Notes: generated from the letters alone by a model not told the origin. A stretch of DNA of 57,534 nt from Patescibacteria group bacterium (GCA_040384705.1 JAZKIU010000002.1:1-57534), one strand, 5' to 3'; shown: positions 44,563 through 53,773, numbered from the stretch's first letter. Translations and numbers: made by a program.

Positions 44563-45530
44563 TCTCTGCCCTTCCGTCCTCCGAGATAGCGAGCAAGTAG
44601 AGGCCCTGGGTTGCGGAGATTCTTCCGTAGTGAAAAAGCGAGTTCGCGGAGCGCCACGAATCCGGAAAGATGCGGGAGCGGCCAAGAGGAATACCATTCA
44701 GGGAGCACCGCATGCCGCTTCTGAAGTTCCTCATGCTTATCGTTTGCCGCATATGTGCCACGAAGCATGTCTACGCTCTTCCCGTCATTAGCATAGAACT
44801 GCATGAAGGCACGCATGTCCTTCGGGAGGCAGTGGCCTCCGAACGCGCGACCGTAGCGCAGATACGATTCGCCTCGCATTACGAAGTTGATGATACGCTC
44901 GACGGAATCGAGCTCCTCCTTGGAGTGAGGCGTCCCGATAACATCACCGAACTCGTTCACGAAAGCGATACGAACCGCGTTCCAGAGATTGGAGAGGTAC
45001 TTCACGAATGCAGCTTCACGAGGCGTGCCCGTGAAGATTCGAGGCGTCTTCGCGCGCCACAGATTCAGGAAACTCGGCTCTTTCTTCATCGTACCGCCGG
45101 TCCCTACGACCACGTAAAACGGAGCGAGGCATTCCTCAACCGCCTTTTTCTCGTGAAGGAATTCGGGAACATAGTAATCAAACGCGAGCGATTCGAGGGA
45201 ATCCGGTAGCACCGTCGAGCGCAGCACGACCGTGCCCTGTACGCCCTTCAGGGAATCGAGTGCGGCAGTGATGAGTGAAATATCCTGCACTCCCTCTTCG
45301 CTCACTCGATCACCGACGCACACGAGGTAGCAGGTGGTGAGAGAATCCTTAGCGAGAAGGCTCTCAAGACGTTCCATACGTTCATAGGCGGCTGCGTAGG
45401 TATCGTAGTGGCGCGTAGGACTGCCTGGGTCGTAGAAGGCGACAGGATATCCCATTATATCGAGCGCTATCGCGTTCGCCTGCCCCACCCAACCGAACCC
45501 GACAACGACGACCTGTTCACGTGTATTCAT
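44559..45530 (-). CDS. Nucleotide-sugar dehydrogenase family (UDP-glucose/GDP-mannose dehydrogenase-like), short form
   Basis: VVVGFGWVGQ is the Rossmann motif and FGGHCLPKD is the catalytic Cys motif. Only about 90 aa follow the Cys, so the usual C-terminal nucleotide-sugar-binding domain seems truncated. Confidence 0.6.
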   Translation of the reverse strand: MNTREQVVVVGFGWVGQANAIALDIMGYPVAFYDPGSPTRHYDTYAAAYERMERLESLLAKDSLTTCYLVCVGDRVSEEGVQDISLITAALDSLKGVQGTVVLRSTVLPDSLESLAFDYYVPEFLHEKKAVEECLAPFYVVVGTGGTMKKEPSFLNLWRAKTPRIFTGTPREAAFVKYLSNLWNAVRIAFVNEFGDVIGTPHSKEELDSVERIINFVMRGESYLRYGRAFGGHCLPKDMRAFMQFYANDGKSVDMLRGTYAANDKHEELQKRHAVLPEWYSSWPLPHLSGFVALRELAFSLRKNLRNPGPLLARYLGGRKGRD

Positions 45531-45591
45531 AGGTTTGTTTGCAACTATAACGAGCGCTCGCTCGACTGTCTATCGAACCCTTAACATCGGG

Positions 45592-45597
45592 TATACT
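45592..45597 (+). promoter_or_regulatory. -10 box TATACT, 6 nt upstream of the ATG at 45604 (leaderless-type)
   Basis: The plus strand reads GGGTATACTCTCCAA-ATG. Confidence 0.55.
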
Positions 45598-45603
45598 CTC
45601 CAA

Positions 45604-46695
45604 ATGAAGCTCGACGACGCCGGACGGAAGCGATTCGTATATATAACCCCCTACTATGATCCGAAGGTGCACTCCGGAGCGAACCGCAGATGCAACGAAC
45701 TAATCGAGCGGTTCGTACGGGATTACCCCGACACGTTCACCCTCATCGTTACCAAGGGGAAGGCGCCAGACGGGTATGCGGGGAACCTGGTCGAGGTCGA
45801 TTATCATTTCAACCATCTGAGTAAGTTCGCTGCGGCGCGCGAGATATCTCGCGCGCTCGACGCGCTTCCGCCTTCCATAGTCATTTGCGAATCGGTCCCC
45901 ATCCCCTTCAAGGCGCTTTCTCGGCATGTGCATTTCCAGGTCGCGTACGATTTCCGCTATTTCACCGGCGAGAGTAAAGGGTTCTGGTATCGTCTTTTCT
46001 TTTCGAACTATCTCCGCAAGCAATGGCACGACTCGGAATTCATGGTCACGTGCAGCGAGTTCTCCATCGATGAGCTCAAGAAATACGTCGGGTACGATCC
46101 GGCTCGCGTCGTTAAGAGCTTCTTCGGCATCGACGAACGCGTGCTCGAGCTTGCGAAGACGCCGACTCCCGCCAAGGAGCTCGATATCATCTACGTGGGC
46201 CATTTCGAGAAGCGGAAGAACCATGAGCCGCTGCTCCGTGCGATAGCTGCTCTCGATCCCACGCTACGCGTGCTGTGCATCGGGAGGGACAACGGCCTCC
46301 TGGCTTCGCTGTCAGAGCTTTCTAGCGAGCTCGGGCTCACGAACACCACGCTCACCTCCGAGAGTCTCACTGACGCCGAACTTTGGGATCTCTACCGCAA
46401 GAGCCGCCTTTTCGTCTATCCGTCCGTGTACGAGGGCTTCGGCATCCCGCTCATCGAGGCGATCGGGCTACAGGTGCCCATCATCTGCACCGATATGCCC
46501 GTCTTCCATGAGGTCGGGGCGGATTTCCCGCTGTTCTTCGATGCGAACGACCCATCCGATATCGCCCTGAAGATACAGGAAGGGCTCGCGCATCCTCGGA
46601 CCTATGAGGATTCAGCCGTGCACGAACACCTGAAACAATTCTTCTGGGAGACCATCTACCAGGATTTCGTTCGCGATCTCCAGGCGCGGGGATAG
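45604..46695 (+). CDS. GT4-family glycosyltransferase
   Basis: MKLDDAGRKRFVYITPYYD...PSVYEGFGIPLIEAIGLQVPIICTD. The track start at 45535 is TTG. Confidence 0.85.
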   Translation: MKLDDAGRKRFVYITPYYDPKVHSGANRRCNELIERFVRDYPDTFTLIVTKGKAPDGYAGNLVEVDYHFNHLSKFAAAREISRALDALPPSIVICESVPIPFKALSRHVHFQVAYDFRYFTGESKGFWYRLFFSNYLRKQWHDSEFMVTCSEFSIDELKKYVGYDPARVVKSFFGIDERVLELAKTPTPAKELDIIYVGHFEKRKNHEPLLRAIAALDPTLRVLCIGRDNGLLASLSELSSELGLTNTTLTSESLTDAELWDLYRKSRLFVYPSVYEGFGIPLIEAIGLQVPIICTDMPVFHEVGADFPLFFDANDPSDIALKIQEGLAHPRTYEDSAVHEHLKQFFWETIYQDFVRDLQARG

Positions 46696-46822
46696 CGATA
46701 CGCCGCCCCGCGGGCGCTCGGCGTTAGCCTATCCCGCGGGGCGTCTATACGTTCTGCATACGTGCCGCTTATCTCCTAATGCTTACCTTTAATAGTACTG
46801 AGCGTACGGGGAAAACGTTGCA

Positions 46823-48601
46823 CTAGAACTTGTCCTTGAAGATATCGCGGAGTACGTTCTCAGGCACTTCGAATGCATCGGACTTGGGTTCTTCAGGTCG
46901 GCGCTCGGGCGTAGGAGGACGGGGTTCCGGGGGCTTCGGTCGGTCGTTGCGTTGCTGCGGGCGGGGAGGCTCCGGACGCGACTCCTTCTCGATGACTCCA
47001 GCGAGCGCGGACTTGAGAGAGGTATGGGTCTGCGTTCCCTTCTCTTCCTTCGCGGATTTAGCATTCGCCATCGTGCTCCTGAGTATCGCCTTCAGATCCT
47101 CCGCGCTCTTATTGCTCGATGGAGGAACGCTGCGGACTTCCTCGCGCCTCGGTTCGGGTCGCGGGTCTCGGCGCGGCGCATCGCTTTGCGGGCGTGGAGC
47201 GGGTCGCGCGGTGGACGGGCTCGGTCGCGGTCTATCATTTGCGCTCGACTCCTTCGGCGGGTATTTAGGAGGATACTTCTTCACCGGAGGTTCCGGTGGT
47301 TCCTCGTTCGCTGTGAGCGTGAGCTCGCTGTATATGGCTTCCTCGATACCGGCGCGGGGGTTGCCGAAGTGCGTGCGGGACGACTCGATGACTTCCGGGC
47401 GGAACGAGCGCGGCGGCTGGTCGATGGGCGGGATGGTAACCGCGGAGAACGGCCGAGAACCGATGCCGTCAATCATGAGCGACAGGTATATCTGCGCGAA
47501 TCCCAGGTTCACGAGGTCTTCCGGGATGAATTCTGGCGCGAACACGACCTCGAGCTTCTCCGCATCGAACGGACCGACCCGGAACGCGATGGTCGTACCC
47601 ACGTTACCGAACACGGCGGCGGCCACCTCCTCTTCCATCTGCTCCACGTACTGGTGCGCGATGATGAGGTTTAATTGGTACTTGCGGGCCTCGGAGAGTA
47701 TCTCGGCGAACGTCTCGTTGGCGAAGTTCTGGAATTCGTCCACATAGAAATAGAACTTGGGAGCTTTCTTGAGCTCATGGCCCGGCAGGTCGGCGCGGCT
47801 CATCGCGCCAAGGAAGAGGCGCGTCGTTATCATCGAGCCGAGCAGCTTCATGTTTGTGTCGCCGACGAGACCCTTGGAGAGATTGATGAGGAGTATCTTG
47901 CGCTGGTCCATCATCTCGCGGATATCGAACGAGGACTTCGGCTGCCCGATGATGTTGCGGATGAGCGGGTTGCTCGTGAACTGCCCGATCTTGTTCTGGA
48001 TGGCAGGCGTCGCTTCCTGCGTATAGCGATCGGTGTACGTATTGAACTCCTTTATCCAGAAGTCCTTCACGACCGGATCCTTCACGTTATCGATGACTTT
48101 CTTCCTATACGCCTTGTCGGTATACATGCGGTTCACGCCGAGAAGGGTCGCTCCCGGATACTCAAGGAGCGCGAGCAGCGTATTGGAGAGGATGTACTCC
48201 ATGCGGGCGGACCAGGCGTCCACCCATATCTTCTTGAACGTCGCCATGAGGCCCGACACCACGAGATGCCGCTTGTCGTATCCCACGTCCTCCATGACGT
48301 TGAAGGCGATGGGCTGCTCGAGGTCGAACGGGGCGAAGTACACCACGTCCTTGATACGGTTCTCCGGTATGAAATCCAGCAGCTTATCTATCGCGCTTCC
48401 GTGCGGGTCGATGAAGGCCATGCCCTCCCCGTTACGGATATCCTGGATGGCCATGTTCTCGAGCAGGGTCGACTTGCCCATGCCCGTCTTCCCGATGACG
48501 TACATATGGCGCTCCCTATCCTTCGCCTTGATGCCGAAGGGCGTGCGCTTGCCACGTGAATCGGTGGCGGCGAAATAGGTTACTCGTTCCGGATTCTCCA
48601 T
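46823..48601 (-). CDS. Soluble type-IV-secretion coupling-protein-like / DUF87-HerA-like P-loop ATPase with a ~190-aa Pro/Arg/Glu-rich disordered C-terminal tail
   Basis: Walker A is VIGKTGMGKSTLL and Walker B is FYFYVDEFQNF. No N-terminal TM helix is present. The tail reads ...EPPEPPVKKYPPKYPPK...RPEPPRPQQRNDRPKPPEPRPPTPERRPEEP... The ATG at 48601 has TATACT 8 nt upstream. Confidence 0.7.
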   Translation of the reverse strand: MENPERVTYFAATDSRGKRTPFGIKAKDRERHMYVIGKTGMGKSTLLENMAIQDIRNGEGMAFIDPHGSAIDKLLDFIPENRIKDVVYFAPFDLEQPIAFNVMEDVGYDKRHLVVSGLMATFKKIWVDAWSARMEYILSNTLLALLEYPGATLLGVNRMYTDKAYRKKVIDNVKDPVVKDFWIKEFNTYTDRYTQEATPAIQNKIGQFTSNPLIRNIIGQPKSSFDIREMMDQRKILLINLSKGLVGDTNMKLLGSMITTRLFLGAMSRADLPGHELKKAPKFYFYVDEFQNFANETFAEILSEARKYQLNLIIAHQYVEQMEEEVAAAVFGNVGTTIAFRVGPFDAEKLEVVFAPEFIPEDLVNLGFAQIYLSLMIDGIGSRPFSAVTIPPIDQPPRSFRPEVIESSRTHFGNPRAGIEEAIYSELTLTANEEPPEPPVKKYPPKYPPKESSANDRPRPSPSTARPAPRPQSDAPRRDPRPEPRREEVRSVPPSSNKSAEDLKAILRSTMANAKSAKEEKGTQTHTSLKSALAGVIEKESRPEPPRPQQRNDRPKPPEPRPPTPERRPEEPKSDAFEVPENVLRDIFKDKF

Positions 48602-48609
48602 TGGCTCAC

Positions 48610-48615
48610 AGTATA
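48610..48615 (-). promoter_or_regulatory. -10 box TATACT, 8 nt upstream of the ATG at 48601
   Basis: The minus strand reads GCGGTATACTGTGAGCCA-ATG. Confidence 0.5.
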
Positions 48616-48630
48616 CCGCGCAAACGCGAG

Positions 48631-48665
48631 GGAAAAGTAACGACCCACTCATGCGGAGTGGGTCG
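48631..48665 (-). terminator. Rho-independent terminator after 48686..48997
   Basis: The minus strand reads CGACCCACT-ccgcatg-AGTGGGTCG followed by TTACTTTTCC. Confidence 0.7.
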
Positions 48666-48685
48666 AGACATACGAACGCTTGGAT

Positions 48686-48997
48686 TTAGCACATCTGCTT
48701 GAGATCGCCGTTGGCATCCCGGACGCCGGTCGCAACATCGTCCTGAAGTTCACGAAGCCAATCAAGCGCGTCACAGATGACGTCGAGCAAGGGGTTGGCC
48801 TTGCGGACCTCGGACGTAGCTCCTGCCTCGGCCTGGATGAAGAGTGCAGGATGCTCCGAACTAAGCATCTTTAAGCGTTCCTGAACAAGTTCCGGATTGA
48901 AGAGCTTCCGAATAGGCATCTGCTCCAGATAGTCGGAGTAGTTACCGCCCTCCGGATTACCGGTGGTGATGATGAAAGGGTCGCTATGATTACCCAT
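48686..48997 (-). CDS. Hypothetical acidic 103-aa protein
   Basis: Complete ORF. A canonical Shine-Dalgarno GGGAGGA lies upstream (GGAGG at 49003..49007, 5 nt before the ATG), and the gene has its own terminator. Confidence 0.6.
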   Translation of the reverse strand: MGNHSDPFIITTGNPEGGNYSDYLEQMPIRKLFNPELVQERLKMLSSEHPALFIQAEAGATSEVRKANPLLDVICDALDWLRELQDDVATGVRDANGDLKQMC

Positions 48998-49058
48998 GGG
49001 TTCCTCCCGACAAAGCCTCTGCTTGGAAAATACTACCGAAAGGAGGAGCTGTCCATCG

Positions 49059-50141
49059 TTACTGATACTGGATAAACATCGGCCGCGGCGTGAGCTTCAG
49101 CAGGTCAGCGGGCTGAAGCAGTCTGTCGGACGGCGGCTTCATATCGTTCTTATAGAATATCTTGAATCCGGTGAACTGGACCGGTTCCGGCGCGATGAAG
49201 CTCTTGTACGTGTTTATCTTCTTCGCCGGCGGTCCCCATCCGTCCATGACCATGACTATCTGCACTTCAGGCCGCGTCTCGATGAGAGCATAGTCCGTGA
49301 CCATCCTTTGGGTGAATCGATGGATGACCAGGATCTTGGGCGGCAGGTCATGCTCCTGCACGAGCCGCGCGAGGTATGCGGACGCGCGATTGATGTCGCC
49401 TGCCGACACCGTACCGATAACCGTGCCGGGTGCTTCCCCACCTTTCATATTGAACTCGGGATCTATCGCGAGATGGCCATTCACGCGCGCGAGGTACGGC
49501 TCGAGGGTCTCTATCTCCGCCTGCAGCGGAGCGAGCCCAGCCTGCACCTCAAGTATGACGATTCCGTCCACTTGCCCGGCCATCGTGAATGCTTTCTCGA
49601 TATGCTCGTCCGGCATCTGCAGCCGATAGTAGCCTTTCGGGCCGGGGCTTTCCTGCGCGGTGGAGGATATATAGTCGATGGCCATGACCACGGGCGTAGA
49701 GGGATCAGCTGCTTCCCATTTCGCCTTCTCTCCCTTGAGGCGCGCGAGCACGACGTCCGGCTCGAACTCGCCCAGTATGCCCATCTTCGTGGAATAGAAG
49801 TTGCCGTAGTACGCGATGATGCGCTTCATCGGCAGGATGGCGCCCACCTTCGGGTACGCGGTCTGGACCGGCCACTTCCGTACGGTCGTGGTCGAGGTAG
49901 TGGAGGCGTAGTTCGCCATAGCGATGAGCCGTTCGTCATAGAGCGCGGTATCGAGCTTTGGGGGTACGGGCGGCAGGAACTTCGCAGCGAGCGAGGTGGT
50001 GGCGGTAGTCCCCTCCCTCGAATAGTTCGCATGCATCGCTATCGCGTACGGGATGCCGTGCACCGTCACCGCGGTCACGATGAGGCCGAGGCCAAGTATG
50101 GCGACTATCGGATTACGAAAGAACCGTTTGAGATGCTTCAT
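49059..50141 (-). CDS. Hypothetical membrane-anchored extracytoplasmic protein
   Basis: 360 aa. The N-terminal signal-anchor is PIVAILGLGLIVTAVTV. No family was recognised by eye. Confidence 0.65.
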   Translation of the reverse strand: MKHLKRFFRNPIVAILGLGLIVTAVTVHGIPYAIAMHANYSREGTTATTSLAAKFLPPVPPKLDTALYDERLIAMANYASTTSTTTVRKWPVQTAYPKVGAILPMKRIIAYYGNFYSTKMGILGEFEPDVVLARLKGEKAKWEAADPSTPVVMAIDYISSTAQESPGPKGYYRLQMPDEHIEKAFTMAGQVDGIVILEVQAGLAPLQAEIETLEPYLARVNGHLAIDPEFNMKGGEAPGTVIGTVSAGDINRASAYLARLVQEHDLPPKILVIHRFTQRMVTDYALIETRPEVQIVMVMDGWGPPAKKINTYKSFIAPEPVQFTGFKIFYKNDMKPPSDRLLQPADLLKLTPRPMFIQYQ

Positions 50142-50319
50142 GTATTGAGGATGTGCGTTCCGCTCGGCGCTTCCGGCGGATGCGCAGCGTTACGCCTATC
50201 AGGGCGACGATGAGCCCGAGGGCGAGATAGAACCACATGAGAATAGAAAGCGGAAGCCCGGTGAACGGAGAGATCATGAGGAGCGCTCCTATGATGATGA
50301 GCAGGCTTTCACGCGACAT
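50113..50319 (-). CDS. Small 2-TM membrane protein (68 aa)
   Basis: LLIIIGALLMISPFTGLPLSILMWFYLALGLIVALIGV, followed by a basic tail. TGCTATACT lies 7 nt upstream of the ATG. It overlaps the next gene by 29 nt. Confidence 0.5.
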   Translation of the reverse strand: MSRESLLIIIGALLMISPFTGLPLSILMWFYLALGLIVALIGVTLRIRRKRRAERTSSIHEASQTVLS

Positions 50320-50326
50320 GGGACCA

Positions 50327-50335
50327 AGTATAGCA
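50327..50335 (-). promoter_or_regulatory. Extended -10 TGCTATACT, 7 nt upstream of the ATG at 50319
   Basis: The minus strand reads CTGCTATACTTGGTCCC-ATG. Confidence 0.5.
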
Positions 50336-50431
50336 GTTCCCGTCTCGCTCTAGAATTCCCCTATCTTCGGGAGCGTATTAACGATGATGGCCTTCATGAG
50401 CCCCCCAGATGAGTCGATAGGTGTCTATGGC

Positions 50432-51115
50432 CTAGACGCTGACGCAAACCACGAATTCCCCACGGACCTGGTCAGGATGGTCCTTGAAGTGGGTCACTAC
50501 GTCTTCTGCGCTCCCTTCTACGAGGGATTCGTGTATCTTCGTGAGCTCCCGGAGGACGGTGACCTTCCGCTCAGCCGGGAGGACTTCAACGAGCGACGCG
50601 AGCGCCTTCTCGATGCGATGCGGGGATTCATAGAACACGACGGTACGTTCCATCTCCGCTATCTCCTTGAAGAGCGTCTGCCGTCCTTTCTTGTGCGGGA
50701 GGAACCCGAGGAATATGAATTCGTCGGTGCGGACGCCGGCGATGGAAAGCGCGGCGGTGAGCGCGGAAGGTCCGGGGAGCGCCTCGATGATAACGTCGTC
50801 CCCGAGCCTGTCCCTCGCTTCGCGCACGAGTGCGCTCCCGGGGTCCGAGATGCCGGGCGTCCCGGCGTCGGTCACGAGCGCGATATGCTTCCCTTCCCCG
50901 AGCAGCGTGAGGACGCGCGTCGCCGCGAGCTTCCCGCTCCGTGCGTGGTACACGAGCAACGGCTTCTGTATGTCGTAGCGGGAGAGGAGCTTCGAGGTCA
51001 TGCGCGTGTCCTCGCAGGCGATGGCGTCCGCGGCCTTGAGCGTATCGAGCGCACGAAGCGTTATATCAGCGAGGTTCCCGATAGGGGTCGCGACGACCGA
51101 AAGCGTTCCTTTCAT
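50432..51115 (-). CDS. rsmI: 16S rRNA (cytidine1402-2'-O)-methyltransferase
   Basis: LSVVATPIGNLADITLRALDTLKAADAIACEDTR is the RsmI signature. Confidence 0.93.
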   Translation of the reverse strand: MKGTLSVVATPIGNLADITLRALDTLKAADAIACEDTRMTSKLLSRYDIQKPLLVYHARSGKLAATRVLTLLGEGKHIALVTDAGTPGISDPGSALVREARDRLGDDVIIEALPGPSALTAALSIAGVRTDEFIFLGFLPHKKGRQTLFKEIAEMERTVVFYESPHRIEKALASLVEVLPAERKVTVLRELTKIHESLVEGSAEDVVTHFKDHPDQVRGEFVVCVSV

Positions 51116-51158
51116 ACCGATACCCTACTCGCTCGACGGGTAAAAAGCGAGGTGCAAC

Positions 51159-52433
51159 TTACGCGACAAGCATATCCGCGACCTTGTAGATGTCGCCCGC
51201 GCCCATGGTCATGACCACATCCCCTTCTCCTGCTTCCTCGAGCTTTTCGCGTATCTCATCGAAGGAGTCGAGCGTTATCGCGTTCACGCCATGTTTCCGT
51301 ATCTCATCCGCAAGGATCTTATTTGAGACCGTTCCGTCATCCACCTCACGAGCTGCATATATTGGAGCGATGACCACGATATCGGCCCCTGCGAATGCGG
51401 TCGCGAAATCAGGAAGGAGGTCACGTGTCCGGCTGTAGAGATGCGGGTGGAATGCGACGTATACCTTACCTTCCGTCTTCTTGCGCAGCTCGGTGATGGT
51501 GTTGCGCACCGCGGTCGGGTGATGCGCATAGTCGTCGTACACCAGCGCTCCGCTCTTCGCCCTTCCTTTGTATTCAAAGCGGCGCCACGTGCCTTCGAAC
51601 GCTGCGAGGGAGGTGCGTATTGATTCATGAGAAATGTCAGGGAGCGCTGCTTTGGCGGCGGCGGCGGCGGCGCGCGCATTCATCTGATTGAATTCTCCCG
51701 GCATGCGAAGCTCGAAGTCCCCTTCCTGGGTGTAGTCGATGACGGTGGCGGGCAACCCCTCGAGCACTGGAGCGATGGTAGGGCTATTCGGATCGGTCAC
51801 GATGAACCCATCCGCGGGTACCTTCTCCGCGAGCGTACGGAACGCCTGCTGCACGTCCGCGAGGTCATGGTAGTAGTCGGTGTGATCGAACTCTATGTTC
51901 GTGATGACGAGGATGGAGGGCGCGAGCGTAAGGAAGTCACGCTTGTATTCGCAGGCTTCCACCACGAACAGGTCAGAGGTCCCGGGAAGGTAGTTCGAGC
52001 CGAAGTCGCGCACGATGCTCCCCACGATAGCGGAAGGGGCCGCACCTGCGTCCCTAAGTATGCGCGCCGCCATGCCGGTGGTCGTGGTCTTTCCGTGGGT
52101 TCCGGCTATCGCGATGGTCCGCTTCCCCGTCGACACTTCCCCGAGCGCAGTGAAGTATGACTTCTGCTGGATGCCCAGCTCCTTCGCGCGCATACGCTCG
52201 GGATTGTCTTCCCATACTGCTTCGCTGTATATAACTACATCGGCATCGCTGGGCACGTTCTCCGCCTTCTGGCCTATCAATACCGAGATACCCTTCCGCT
52301 CGAGCATCTCCGTCACCGGGCTCTCCTCCCTATCGGAACCCGTAACGACGACACCGCGGTCAGCAAGAAGCTGCGCGAGCGCGGACATGCCGATGCCGCC
52401 GATGCCGACGAAATATGCGCGCTTATGCTCCAT
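51159..52433 (-). CDS. murC: UDP-N-acetylmuramate--L-alanine ligase
   Basis: AYFVGIGGIGMSALAQLL...GTHGKTTTT. The ATG at 52433 (MEHKRAYF) is preferred. An upstream ATG at 52472 is also open. Confidence 0.93.
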   Translation of the reverse strand: MEHKRAYFVGIGGIGMSALAQLLADRGVVVTGSDREESPVTEMLERKGISVLIGQKAENVPSDADVVIYSEAVWEDNPERMRAKELGIQQKSYFTALGEVSTGKRTIAIAGTHGKTTTTGMAARILRDAGAAPSAIVGSIVRDFGSNYLPGTSDLFVVEACEYKRDFLTLAPSILVITNIEFDHTDYYHDLADVQQAFRTLAEKVPADGFIVTDPNSPTIAPVLEGLPATVIDYTQEGDFELRMPGEFNQMNARAAAAAAKAALPDISHESIRTSLAAFEGTWRRFEYKGRAKSGALVYDDYAHHPTAVRNTITELRKKTEGKVYVAFHPHLYSRTRDLLPDFATAFAGADIVVIAPIYAAREVDDGTVSNKILADEIRKHGVNAITLDSFDEIREKLEEAGEGDVVMTMGAGDIYKVADMLVA

Positions 52434-53742
52434 ACGCTTTGATGAGGGCCATGAATTGGTCTCCCCTATCATACTCGTTCTTGAACATGCCGAATGATGC
52501 GAACGCCGGCGAGAAGAGCACGGTGTCGCCTGGCTCGGCTATAGCGAAGGCTGCCTCGACCGCAGCTGCGAGCGTCCCATGCACTGATGCGCCCGGAAGC
52601 GATGCACGGATGCGCTCCGTGCCCGTTCCCTCAAGGAGCATCACGGCTTTCGTCGCCGCAGGGATCCGTTCGAGAAGCGCATCCATATCGAGCCCCTTAT
52701 CAGCGCCGCCCATGATGAGCACCACATTCCCTGCAGGCAATGCATCGAGCGCGGCGAGCGTCGCCTCGGGCGTCGTCGCCGTCGTGTCGTTATACACCGC
52801 GACACCATCCACTTCGCGCACGTATTCAAGCCGGCCCGGCACCCCCGCGAACGCTTCAAGCGCGGCTTTCGATACTTCGTCGTTGATTCCCATGCTGCGG
52901 GCTGCGGCAAGGGCGAGCGCGGCATCGTACCGGGCGTGAGCTCCTGGGATACGCAACTTCCACCCGCTCGGCATATCCTCGTTCCCTACGAGTGCGAGCT
53001 GTCCCTTTATACATCCCTGGTATTTCTCTTCTATGAGCTCCATGCACTGCCTCCCGAGTACGAACGTGTCCTCAGGCCCCTGGAAGAGGAATATGTTCGC
53101 CTTGTCGCTCAGGTACGCATCGAGATCATCGTGGTAGTAGTTCAGGTGATCGGGGAAGAAGGTAGTAAAGACCGCGGTATGCGGGCTCATCTTGCTTTCG
53201 CCGAATCCCTGGAGCTGCCACGAATCGAGCTCGAACAATGCGACGTGTTCTGGTGTCGCTTCCGTAAGGAGCGAGAGCGTGGATACGCCTCGGACGTTCC
53301 CGCCGAGCAGCGTCGGCACTCCTGCCGCCTGCAATATTCCATGCAGCATATGAGTCGTCGTGGACTTGCCGCGCGTTCCCGTGATGCCGATGACCGGAAT
53401 GCCTGCGAGCTCGGCGAACCATGACGCGCTCATCTTTATAGGAGTGCCTGCAGCGCGCGCTGCGTCGAGGTATACCGAGGGATCCGGCACGCCCGCCGCT
53501 TTCAGTATGAAATCGCGCCCCCGGAAGTCCTCGATGCGGTGCTCCCCGAGGGTGTAGGTAATGTTCGGGAACCCGGCGAGCTTCTCGAGGGATTCGGTGA
53601 GCTCTTCCTTCGATTTGAGGTCGGTGATGATGAGCTCAGCGCCCATAGACGCAAGGTAGTGAGCGTCTCCCACGCCACGCCCCAGGAGCCCGAGCCCGAG
53701 GACGGTTATCTTCTTCCCCTCGAAATACTGGCGCGCGTCCAT
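52423..53742 (-). CDS. murD: UDP-N-acetylmuramoylalanine--D-glutamate ligase
   Basis: MDARQYFEGKKITVLGLGLLGRG...GITGTRGKSTT. Alternative ATG at 53751. The track start at 53847 overlaps the upstream gene and its terminator. Confidence 0.92.
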   Translation of the reverse strand: MDARQYFEGKKITVLGLGLLGRGVGDAHYLASMGAELIITDLKSKEELTESLEKLAGFPNITYTLGEHRIEDFRGRDFILKAAGVPDPSVYLDAARAAGTPIKMSASWFAELAGIPVIGITGTRGKSTTTHMLHGILQAAGVPTLLGGNVRGVSTLSLLTEATPEHVALFELDSWQLQGFGESKMSPHTAVFTTFFPDHLNYYHDDLDAYLSDKANIFLFQGPEDTFVLGRQCMELIEEKYQGCIKGQLALVGNEDMPSGWKLRIPGAHARYDAALALAAARSMGINDEVSKAALEAFAGVPGRLEYVREVDGVAVYNDTTATTPEATLAALDALPAGNVVLIMGGADKGLDMDALLERIPAATKAVMLLEGTGTERIRASLPGASVHGTLAAAVEAAFAIAEPGDTVLFSPAFASFGMFKNEYDRGDQFMALIKAYGA

Positions 53743-53773
53743 GCTAGGCATCCTAGCGTATTTGCAGGGTTTA

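Noticed and set aside
18757-46695. Glycan island as a horizontally acquired mobile element.
   Set aside because: No integrase, transposase, flanking direct repeats or tRNA boundary was seen. Composition looks similar to the flanking housekeeping genes by eye. This cannot be excluded without quantitative GC and codon analysis.
46830-50213. Long plus-strand ORFs 46830..47747, 46952..47674, 47675..48559 and 48996..50213.
   Set aside because: They are antisense to the P-loop ATPase gene and to the 360-aa signal-anchored gene, and are Arg/Gly/His-rich with no motifs.
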